Assembly: GCA_030141605.1 (NCBI GenBank)
Contig: JAQGDQ010001495.1
Span: forward strand, 1-38,171
Direction of reading: 5' to 3'
Length of the DNA: 38,171 nt
Origin: Tubiluchus corallicola
Taxonomy: Eukaryota > Animalia > Priapulida
This document shows, piece after piece, positions 1-11,800 of this stretch. Both the position numbers and the translations under genes were made by a program. Under the pieces are notes generated by a model. The model was not told the DNA's origin. It saw only the letters and a program-made list of their open reading frames with translations, and ran no database searches. Every line of letters starts with the position of its first letter. Positions within the stretch are counted from its first letter, which is position 1.

Positions 1-2640
1 CGTTACCTGTATGAAAGTAAGGTAAGTCAAAGACTACCTGTACAGTACTCTACAACAACTTCGTTACCTGTATGAAAGTAAGGTAAGTCAAAGACTACCT
101 GTACAGTACTCTACAACAACTTCGTTACCTGTATGAAAGTAAGGTAAGTCAAAGACTACCTGTACAGTACTCTACAACAACTTCGTTACCTGTATGAAAG
201 TAAGGTAAGTCAAAGACTACCTGTACAGTACTCTACAACAACTTCGTTACCTGTATGAAAGTAAGGTAAGTCAAAGACTACCTGTACAGTACTCTACAAC
301 AACTTCGTTACCTGTATGAAAGTAAGGTAAGTCAAAGACTACCTGTACAGCACTCTACAACAACTTTGTTACCTGTATGAAAGTAAGGTAAGTCAAAGAC
401 TACCTGTACAGTACTCTAAAACAACTTCGTTACCTGTATGAAAGTAAGGTAAGTCAAAGGCTACCTGTACAGTACTCTACAACAACTTCGCTACCTGTAT
501 GAAAGTAAGGTAAGTCAAAGACTACCTGTACAGTACTCTACAACAACTTCGTTACCTGTATGGAAGTAAGGTAAGTCAAAGACTACCTGTACAGTACTCT
601 ACAACAACTTCGTTACCTGTATGAAAGTAAGGTAAGTCAAAGACTACCTGTACAGTACTCTACAACAACTTCGTTACCTGTATGAAAGTAAGGTAAGTCA
701 AAGACTACCTGTACAGTACTCTACAACAACAGTACCTGTATGAAAGTAAGGTAAGTCAAAGACTACCTGTACAGTACACTACAACAACTTCGTTACCTGT
801 ATGAAAGTAAGGTAAGTCAAAGACTACCTGTACAGTACTCTACAACAACTTCGTTACCTGTATGAAAGTAAGGTAAGTCAAAGACTACCTGTACAGTACA
901 CTACAACAACTTCGTTACCTGTATGAAAGTAAGGTAAGTCAAAGACTACCTGTACAGTACTCTACAACAACAGCGTTACCTGTATGAAAGTAAGGTAAGT
1001 CAAAGACTACCTGTACAGTACTCTACAACAACAGCGTTACCTGTATGAAAGTAAGGTAAGTCAAAGACTACCTGTACAGTACTCTACAACAACAGCGTTA
1101 CCTGTATGAAAGTAAGGTAAGTCAAAGACTACCTGTACAGTACTCTACAACAACTTCGTTACCTGTATGAAAGTAAGGTAAGTCAAAGACTACCTGTACA
1201 GTACTCTACAACAACTTCGTTACCTGTATGAAAGTAAGGTAAGTCAAAGACTACCTGTACAGTACTCTACAACAACTTCGTTACCTGTATGAAAGTAAGG
1301 TAAGTCAAAGACTACCTGTACAGTACTCTACAACAACTTCGTTACCTGTATGAAAGTAAGGTAAGTCAAAGACTACCTGTACAGTACTCTACAACAACTT
1401 CGTTACCTGTATGAAAGTAAGGTAAGTCAAAGACTACCTGTACAGTACTCTACAACAACTTCGTTACCTGTATGAAAGTAAGGTAAGTCAAAGACTACCT
1501 GTACAGTACTCTACAACAACTTCGTTACCTGTATGAAAGTAAGGTAAGTCAAAGACTACCTGTACAGTACTCTACAACAACTTCGTTACCTGTATGAAAG
1601 TAAGGTAAGTCAAAGACTACCTGTACAGTACTCTACAACAACAGTACCTGTATGAAAGTAAGGTAAGTCAAAGACTACCTGTACAGTACACTACAACAAC
1701 TTCGTTACCTGTATGAAAGTAAGGTAAGTCAAAGACTACCTGTACAGTACTCTACAACAACTTCGTTACCTGTATGAAAGTAAGGTAAGTCAAAGACTAC
1801 CTGTACAGTACTCTACAACAACTTCGTTACCTGTATGAAAGTAAGGTAAGTCAAAGACTACCTGTACAGCTCTCTACAACAACTTCGTTACCTGTATGAA
1901 AGTAAGGTAAGTCAAAGACTACCTGTACAGCACTCTCCAACAACTTCGTTACCTGTATGAAAGTAAGGTAAGTCAAAGACTACCTGTACGGTACTCTACA
2001 ACAACTTCGTTACCTGTATGAAAGTAAGGTAAGTCAAAGACTACCTGTACAGTACTCTACAACAACTTCGTTACCTGTATGAAAGTAAGGTAAGTCAAAG
2101 ACTACCTGTACAGTACTCTACAACAACATTACCTGTATGAAAGTAAGGTAAGTCAAAGACTACCTGTACAGCACTCTACAACAACTTCGTTACCTGTATG
2201 AAAGTAAGGTAAGTCAAAGACTACCTGTACAGCTCTCTAAAACAACTTCGTTACCTGTATGAAAGTAAAGTAAGTCAAACACTACCTGTACAGTACTCTA
2301 CAACAACATCGTTACCTGTATGAAAGCAAGGTAAGTCAAACGCTACCTGTACAGTACTCTACAACAACTTCTTTACCTGTATGAAAGTAAGGTAAGTCAA
2401 ACACTACCTGTACAGCACTCTACAACAACTTCTTTACCTGAACGAAAGTAAGGTAAGTCAAAGACTACCTGTACAGCACTCTCCAACAACTTCGTTACCT
2501 GTATGAAAGTAAGGTAAGTCAAAGACTACCTGTACGGTACTCTACAACAACTTCGTTACCTGTATGAAAGTAAGGTAAGTCAAAGACTACCTGTACAGTA
2601 CTCTACAACAACTTCGTTACCTGTATGAAAGTAAGGTAAG
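1..2640. repeat. 61-bp minisatellite, about 43 copies (runs off the window start), overlapping the 3' end of the dynein exon
   Basis: Unit cgttacctgtatgaaagtaaggtaagtcaaagactacctgtacagtactctacaacaactt, near-identical copies. Confidence 0.97.
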
Positions 2641-2854
2641 ACTCGTGTGTGCCCTTGGGAGGTGCGTAATATTCTCCGCTACGTGAAAGTTTGTACTTCG
2701 GTTCGATGATGATCTCCTTGCAGTAGAAATCAGCCAGCATGGTCAAAAGAAGCCGTCGGTCGAGGTCGTCCGTGACACGCCCTCCGTAGTTGCATTCGCC
2801 CGTTAGGTACGTGATGGCTTTGAAAGGCACTTCGTCGTATTCGTTTATAAACAT
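2621..2854 (-). CDS. DNAH12: Dynein HC exon (234 nt, phase 0-0): [44 protein letters not shown]...[15 protein letters not shown]
   Basis: Acceptor ccttacag|ATG, donor CAG|gtaacg. Confidence 0.93.
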
Positions 2855-5800
2855 CTGTAAGGTTAATGAGAAAGTGTTAATTGCAAGTAATGAGCTAATT
2901 TGCACCTGTTACTTCTACTGCATCACATAAATAATTCAATTAATGAGATCTTACAGAAAAAAAACTTTGAATTTTAAATTCTCCGGAACAGACCGTATAG
3001 GGATGTCACAAATCTGAAATTACCGAATCTGAATCTACACCGAATCTCTCGTTCATAATAATTTTCGATTCCGTATTTTCAAATCCGGATCAAATCCAAA
3101 CATCATATTAACATAATTTTTGAATCTGGATCAAATCCAAATCACAGTTTAAAATAATTTTTGAATCTGGATTGAATCCAAATATCAGTTTAAAATAATT
3201 TTTCGAAACCGAATTAAATTCACATCTCAATTTTTCAGATTTTTCTTTCTACAGAATCTTTTTCGAATCTACACGGTTTTCAACCAAATTATAGCAGATT
3301 GGTAAGACAGCAGTATTTTTCATGAATATTACAGATGAACTATCTGACAGTAATTCTCCAATAATTGTTGTTGTTGGCATCCTTCTGTCAACGGAAGACA
3401 ATGGAATGTGCGCCAAGAGAGGACGATCTTTGAATGTCTCCAGGGTGCACGCCTGGGCAAAGTGTATTGAGATCCTGAGTTGCCCAAACAATAGGAACCC
3501 CCTCTCTTCCTCCCTGGTGTAGTCCAAAGGAAAGCGGAGCGATACGTTTGCCACCGGGTTGGCTGCAGGAGCTGCCGGAGTCAGTGAGCATGCTGCACTG
3601 GTCCGCCTTCGGGGCTCCACTCCTGATTTGGAAGGTTTACTCCTCTACACATGGCCGTTGGGTCACTTGGCCTCCTCCGCCCTCTAGCCATTGGCTGCTT
3701 GTACAGCTCCTCCGCCTAGTGTCGAGATACAGTGTGGGCATCCCGCAAGCCTACAGCACCTGATATTCCTAGGCGGTCACCCTTCCAAGCACTAACCAGG
3801 CTCTACATTGCTTAACTTCGGTGATCAGACGAGAACAGGTGTTTCAACATGATTTGGCCGTAGTCTCCAATAATAATGACCGTATTATCTAATATTATCT
3901 AAAGACTATAAATGATCTAATTATTTTGTAGAAGATTTTTTTCTGCCGACAACATAACAATATAAAAGATCTGTCAAAAAAATGCTTGGTGTGCATTTAC
4001 CTACACTCCATGAGTCCAAAATTATCAAAAAAAAACAAGGATTTCAGGATTTTGCTGAAAATTTTAAAGTTAAAGGAGCGCATAACGCTTTTGCAATACA
4101 GCACTACCAAACTGCCTCTGTAACCGAAGCTAAACCGGATTTTTTTCCAAAAGTCTCGGTCGGATCTAAGGTAACTTAGAACCTAGGTGAATCGAATCGG
4201 ATCAAAGCTTCGATTCGAGATTTGATTTTTAACCTCTGTGACAACCCTAATATGATACGTTACCATTAGCTATTCTTTAACATGTTTTACAACATAAAGT
4301 CAATGTTTAGTGTGCAAATTTTATTTGAAAATATGAAAACAGCAAAGCGTTACTAGCAGATGTTACATGGAAAAATTTTGGCTATTAAAGGATAGGTAAA
4401 AACTAGCTGCTTAATTCTACAAAGAAATTTACACTTAGGACCGCCCAATGGTATTTATGGGTGATTATACTGAGACCCAATTCAACAACATTTTTGTAAC
4501 CCCACAGTAATTAAAAAAACTGAAAATGTTTGTTCTTTATGCAGTGATTATTCAGGGGTCAGAATGACAAATTGCAAAAAACTCTGAAACAGGCCGGGGG
4601 TTTTGGGGTCACCTAGGCCCCCAATGGGGTTGAGGGGTAAAGCCCCCTTGGAAGCAGCAATTGCAATTTTGTGACCATAGAAAGCCTCTAAGTGGACTTG
4701 AAATATCAATTACCTTGTTTCATGCATAATTTAAAATACCCAACTATCAAGGATACATGATACCTAATTGTCTCAAAAACACCTAAGTACTGGCCGCTCC
4801 TATGCAAAAGTATATAAAAACTGTCTGCAATTGACTCAAATAATGCAGCACAATTGATTCTATATTTTTATACATAGAGATATACACGTGGTTACACTGA
4901 TGTGCGTGATGTAAACAAAGTGACGGCCTGCCAACTAGCGGTCAGCTTGTGAAATACTGTACTGGGTCCGTAAAAATTTTCTCAACAAATTTACGTGATT
5001 TACAAAAATGGCACTACTGGTCTTCCAAAAACTCGGTCTGACAAAAAATGGATGGAGACTAAAATAGATACTCTGTACAAGGGATAAATTAATAATACAT
5101 TTGCAAAATCATTTTATTCTATCTAGCAAAGTAGTCACAAATTTGTTTGTGTGTTTGTTTACTAGCTTGTTTATTTGTCGAGGTAAACAATCTTCAATCA
5201 GTTGCCAAGTTTGGAACGAGAAGGGTTCTAAAAAATTTAGAGTAAACTTGGATTCGAATCCAGAACTTTGTAGTGTAAGGTCACACACCCTAGTCATTTG
5301 ACTTATCAACCCACATGGCTAAAGCAGTTTAAAGTTTTCAATGAGATATTAGAAGATCTCGTAGCAAATTTCAGCGAAACACTAAAAGAACTTTGACATA
5401 GAAGCAGCTCTGCCATTGACACAGACTGAGAACTAGAGTCTGCTTAATGTAAGTTCGTCTGTTTGGGCTTTCAAAAACCAAATTCGAAGCTCCGTCAATA
5501 TTTGAAGTCCGTCTTCGTAATTTGTCTATTTTTTGTGACACTTTTGGTAATTATTCCCATGAAGGGAAAACATCAGGACCTAGCCCTTTACTTCTAGGAG
5601 AGGCATCCGGTTCACATGAAGGGAAAACATCAGGACCTAGCCCTTTACTTCCAGGAGAAACATCCGGTGCCCTCAAAGAACTTTGAGAACGTGACAGCAA
5701 AGTTAGAAAACTTGTTCAAAGGTAAGTTATAACAGTTATGTATGTATGCAGAAATCATAAGATCTGTGTATGAGTAGTATAATGAATGTTTGGGCTTTCA

Positions 5801-8800
5801 GAACCAAATTCGAAGCTCGATTAAATTTTGCTCTTTCTTTGCTCTTTATTTGCCAAAAAATGTCATTCCATCTAAACATAACAAATTAGTGCCAAAAATA
5901 GCAAAAAATAATAATAGCCAAAAGTCAATTTTACATAATCAAGAGTTATACACTGCACTGTCGCATTAATTAATACCTAGCTGTTATTTTAAACTAAATT
6001 TAAGTTTTTTAAAGTAATTAGAGAATATACATACGTTATTAGCCCCAAATCATGAGCAATTGTAAACAGATAACGACAATATCTTATCAACTTATCATGA
6101 CACGTCTTCACTTCACAGTAGGCCTCTGACCCAGATCAAGTTGATCACGTGATTAGGCCAAAAAATCACCACAAGGTGGCCAAAGCCGACAACAAGCGAA
6201 GGCAGTAAAGCATGCCAATGCAAGATTTCCAGTACATCGTGCTTACCCCCGGTTACTGCCAACTACAATACTCGACCTTGAACTTAGAGAATGATACTAA
6301 ATGCTCGTAGAGAATAAAACCGGGTCGACTCCAGCATCCAGTTTTAACAGCTATAAGGACCGAGACCGGTCCCCTATCAGGCTAGAAACAGGTAAGCTCA
6401 TTAAGGTAAATCTACGGGCACACCTGTAGTTGTCTGACGCTGATGCGGAGGTCAGAGTCATTGAAGCCGTATGGGATGTTCCATCCGAGAGGTCCAAACT
6501 TACGTCTCTCCTGTACTAGAGCGTGGAAGAAGCACAGTCCAAACAGCAGCTTCTCAAATTGCTGCAAACAAAAGATATTTAAATTTTAATTCGACTCCGT
6601 ACGGCAGGGGTGTGCGAATTATCTGACTAGCCGGGCCACATTAAACTTCCCGCAATTCCTGCGGGCCACAGGCAGTTTGATCAAGGAGCCAAGTACAGAA
6701 AGGCCTAATAACGATTTTTTTGCATCCGACCTCCGTACATCATTACTACTACACTCAAGAAACTATTTTAGAAGTTATTAAAATTTATATTACAAATCAT
6801 ATATTTCTACTTTCAGCACAGATAGTGGTAATTTCATTACAATGCATATTAGTAATGTGTATCACACAGTCTGTGTAGTACAGTGACATTAAGCTACGAC
6901 CGTCTTGTAAGGGCTAATGGCATCCGATCTAGTAGAAAAAACTACCCACACTATCTTTGGGATCGTGGCACGGACTTCAGCTGGATACACTCAATTAATC
7001 GCCCGGGCCGCACTTTCATTAGGTTGACAAATCTCTTCGCAGGCCGCACAAATTCTCTCGGCGGGCCGCAATTTGCACACCCCTGCCGTACATGAAGATG
7101 TCTTCCAGTTGTACAAAATGCACAAATAAGGGATTTTTTCCAGCTAAAATCAATTCTAAACTAAACCAGGAGATGGAGCTGGTAGTGAAAGTAAAAATGC
7201 TCGCACAGAAATTACATTTGCTCGGAAGCAATATGGTTATTTGCGTTACCGTGGCAACTACAACTCACCTGTTGTTTACCGTGGCAACCATTGAAGAATG
7301 CCGAATCAGAAATGGGATCGTTCAGGTACGACTGCATGAGGTTCTGACGGAGGCCAGTAGGGGGCTCATTTGTCATCTTGACGCCATTTTGGAGAATTGA
7401 TACTGGAAACTAGAAACAAGTATTTGTTAAATTACTAACATTATGTTTTTGGTAAAAGCGAGTTTAGTAAAACAGCGCCATCTGCAATTTACTAAACATG
7501 TCAAAAATGTTTTAACACAATTTCATACCTGCAAGATCGGATACAATGGCTGGCCTCACTGAATGAAATGACCGAGATAATCTTCTAACATAAGACACTG
7601 AACCAGCAGGAGTGTCAAACATGTCAGAGTAAAAATGTTTTTTTAACATAATTTCATACCTGCAAGATCGGATACAATGGCTGGCCTCACTCAATGAAAT
7701 GACCGAGATAATCTTCTAACGTAAGCCACTGAACCAGCAGGAGTGTCAAACACGTCAGAGCGTAAATATTTTTTAACACAATTTCATACCTGCAAGATCG
7801 GATACAATGGCTGGCCTCACTCAATGAAATGACCGAGATAATCTTCTAACGTAAGACACTGAACCAGCAGGAGTGTCAAACATGTCAGAGCAAAAATGTT
7901 TTTTTAACACAATTTCATACCTGCAAGATCGGATACAATGGCTGGCCTCACTCAATGAAATGACCGAGATAATCTTCTAATGTAAGACACTGAACCAGCA
8001 GGAGTGTCTTAACAAATGTTGTGTATAACGTTTATAATGTTAGATGATTCCAGTCAGTCACCTATCCACTTTTTCGTAAAGTCAACGTAATAAATTAATT
8101 TACCATCATCCAAACCAAAATGTTGAATTGCAGTACAGCGTAAGAATACAAAATATTAAAAATTTTTAAAAGAATAAGCAAAGCAGGCCGTACGGCGACA
8201 AACAGTATTGGACTGAATTCGACTCAGAGGGTCGAACTCCAAGATGGCATGGCTGTCTTGATATTGCGCATCATGAAGATCCATTTTACTATCGTTGTGT
8301 AACTGATTACTTAACTACAAATGTTAATTTTAATTACGAATGTTAAGCTAATTAACTAAGTTAATGTCTATAAACTAGTACCTTATACCTGTTATCGCAT
8401 GTCATTTAACTCTCATAAAATAAAACACACAAAAACTACACTGTACGGAGTTTATTATCAGCACTAATAAAATAGGGAACAAAATACACGTGCAAAAAAT
8501 AGCTAACTAACTCAGTAACAGCACTACACCCGAGGAGCACCTGTGTCTGAAATGAAGGCTGTAGTGACCTCTACACGCTTTTATACTGGCATTCCAGGTC
8601 AGCTGGCTTCTCACACCACGTGTAGGCCCAAACAAGACGTCTGGACCTACAAGAAAGGGGTGAGTCGCTGCTGACGTGGAAGCAGGGCGTGTAGAGGGTT
8701 TTACACCTGACCCGACACAGGTGCCTCCGTAACAGTGTTATACTGTTACTAGATACACGAATGAAATAAATAAAAATGACGTCAAAACTGAAGTTTGGAA

Positions 8801-11800
8801 ATGAAATGAGGCAAAAAGATAAAACTGTTATTACTCACCAGGTTTGACCTCGCTTCACTTACATGAAGCTTAAAAAATTCGTCTCAAAACTTTAACCACT
8901 TACATACTGCCCTTTTTGCATGCAGGGTTTGCGTCGGCAGTAACACACTGCATAAAACATGTAAATCTAAGCTCCTGTGATGACCGCTAGGCGCAGCCAT
9001 TTTGATTGTAGGTTGATTGAAACAAGTTTAGAAAACACTGAGTGAAGTTTGAAAAAATAATCAGAGCATTACATGTTGCTAACTAAGTAAAATTGCAAAA
9101 ATTATTGTATTTTGTCAATAAGATTAAAAAGACATTTTTCGTTAGTGAGTGGTGCACCCTGGAGGGTGAGTCAGCAGCATTTTATCAATTAGTGAAAACA
9201 TTTTAAATATTTAAATAAATTAATAATTTTCTTTTCTAGTTACGTAAGTCTTTCCAGCAGGTAAATGAAATGCTAAGTAAGATAATTTGCATGGAAAGTT
9301 TTTGGGACATAATTTCACATTGCATTTTCTTCCCCTGATTTACGTTTGCGTAGTGACGTCATGTAATGGCGCCGTTGGAACAGTACTGTGGGAGATTTAA
9401 AATGAAAACAAACAAAAATTCCTTTCAATGCGAGTAAGATAAACACATAAAATTGCTGTAAAGTAGCATAATTTTTTAAGACGATTTTTTTGAAACCTAC
9501 TTGAAGTACCTGTTTTCTCATCCTTCAAGCGAGACACCTGTCCATTTGCTTGCCAGACCACAGCTCGCCTCACTTACAAATTCCATATTCTTATATAATA
9601 CCTGTTTTCTCATCTTTCAAGCGAGACACCTGTCCATTTGCTTGCCAGACCACGGCTCGCCTCACTTACAAATTCCACATCCTTACATAGATCTCCGTTA
9701 CCTTATTTGATGGATAACTCGTCAGCCACATCCGGAACTCCGGATGAGTCGTGTCCGTCGTCAGTTCCTCGCAGATCTTCTCAAGAGCGGGCATCCAGGA
9801 GACCGCCAGATGGCAGTTCTGCAGCACAACCCAGCTGCCCTTGGCTAAGCCTTCTTGAATCATCGAGGCCGCCACTGGTCCCTGGCGGGAGAAAAACACA
9901 AGAGCAACAAATGAAAGGAGAGAATTGAATTTGTTTGCAAGAAATTGAAAAAGGTTTTTATTGAAAACCAAAGCAATAAACAGAAAGCTGACAGTAGCAC
10001 CTGTAGGCTTGTCTATATATCACATATGTGTCACATGTCATACGTGTGCATGCATAGCAAAATTGTCCTTAGTTGGTAATTAAGCTTTTTTTAGTTATTC
10101 ATGTATCCTTAATCTGCATTTCATGAGGATCATTTTGATACCAAGTTCATCGTTCTACGTTATTTCTAAGCTGAGATAATCCACGTTGAAGTTGAGGTGC
10201 AGGCTGCGCAGTGAAAAACATAATCTTGAGAAAATCACTGTTAAAGTCAGCCATTGTTTTTGTCGCGTTTCTACAAAACACTTAACAACCGCACAAATGT
10301 TGGTTGTTGCAGACTTTGCGTTGTGTTGTTTCTAAGCTGAGATAATATACATTAAAGTTGAGGTGCAGGCTGCACAGTGAAAATCAGTGTTAAAGTCAGC
10401 CATTGTTTTTTGTCGCGTCTCTACAAAACACTTAGCAACCGAACGAAAGTGTGGTTGCTATGGACTTTGCAAGAACACATTGAAGTTTTGTTTAAATCCA
10501 GTAGATGGTTCTTCCTGCTGAACATCTGGGCTTGGCAACAGGAAAAATCCCGGAGCAAAATGGCTCCTTCCACGAGCTACTACCGGAATTAGAAAGTTTT
10601 TTACAATTGCAGTACTAGTTTCTAGACAGAAAAGTGGGTACATCATTATAAAGTTACATTTTTAGTATCTTTTTCGCACTTTCTTGACAGTTTGCTGCTA
10701 GAATATTAAAATTAAATATATTTAGCGTTTATTTTTATGAAAAAAAAAATTGATCAAATTTTTGGTTCATTCTACTTTGAAGCATCATAACGTCGTTTTA
10801 ACTATGCTGATTTACGGACGGCTTTGCTTTGCAAGTGCACACTTAGAAGTATAATATCGTAGTGGTTTTGTAACAAGGATATAATAAAATCTAACGTCCT
10901 TGTTTTGGAAAATCTATCTTATGAAATAGATACGTGACAATTGTTACTGTACTGTTTACATATTTCAATTCAATTCAATTTTAATTTATTTATCTCCTTA
11001 TAATACTACAATAAAACATGATTAATAAAGAATCGCTAATAAGTTTCGAAGAACGGTTAAAATGTATAGATAGATCTACAACTAGAGAAAGGATAGCGGA
11101 AAGACAATTCAATTCAACTCAATTCAATTCCAATTTATTTACATCTTTATAATGCTACATTAAAACATGATTAATAAAGAATCTCTAATAAGTTTCGAAG
11201 AATGGTTAAATGTAACGTCGTTTTAACTGTGCGGACTGAATCTCCACTTCACATCCAAGAACATTATTGTGCAAGGTAAGCATGCGCCATGCGCCAAAGA
11301 CAGTAAGTTACTGTGATTGAGACAGCAATTGTCTACCTAGCAGCAGACGCTAGCATACAGCGTGTTATCTCAGACATGTGCGCATGGCCGCCTGCGCACA
11401 ACAGCCACAAACGCCACGCTGCTTGGGCTGTGAAGCAAGAGTGTACTTGCCTCACATGCTCTGGTTCCGCGCAAGTATAAAGAAAGAATATTATATTGAA
11501 TGTTATGGATGGACAGAAGAAAATCATTTTAATTACTCTAAATTTAAATTTATGTTGAATTGTCATCATACTGTTTTTAGTTTTGGATAGTGCTGCCATC
11601 TTCAGGTGTTCTTGTTAAAATTGTTAAATCTTTCACTTTACTGTTTAAATTTTCATTGGCTTCTACAGTCTTTATGAATGCATAATCTCTAAATCTGTTT
11701 TCACACCTAAATGATTTCACCTGTAGTTTCTGGTCACTTGGTTTTCTGCTTTTCAACATGACACTACTTCACTGTTTATGTAGACATTTCAGAATAAAAT

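Larger units (their letters stand above)
2998..4249. mobile_element. Non-autonomous hAT-like element (TAGGG termini), interrupted by a SINE
   Basis: TIRs TAGGGATGTCACA / TGTGACAACCCTA (12/13); subterminal GAATC/GGATC repeats; no clear TSD. Confidence 0.6.

Noticed and set aside
2753-2790. DDLDRR instead of the common DDWDRR in the AAA6 motif
   Set aside because: This position varies among dynein paralogues, so a single substitution is not evidence of inactivation.
3747-3865. Functional 5S rRNA gene
   Set aside because: Multiple helix-disrupting and CpG substitutions, no T-run terminator, and fused to a TSD-bounded retroposon body.
4910-4920. Forkhead (FOXJ1-like) GTAAACAAA motif in MITE family B copies
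   Set aside because: Short motif expected by chance in AT-rich DNA; no supporting evidence.
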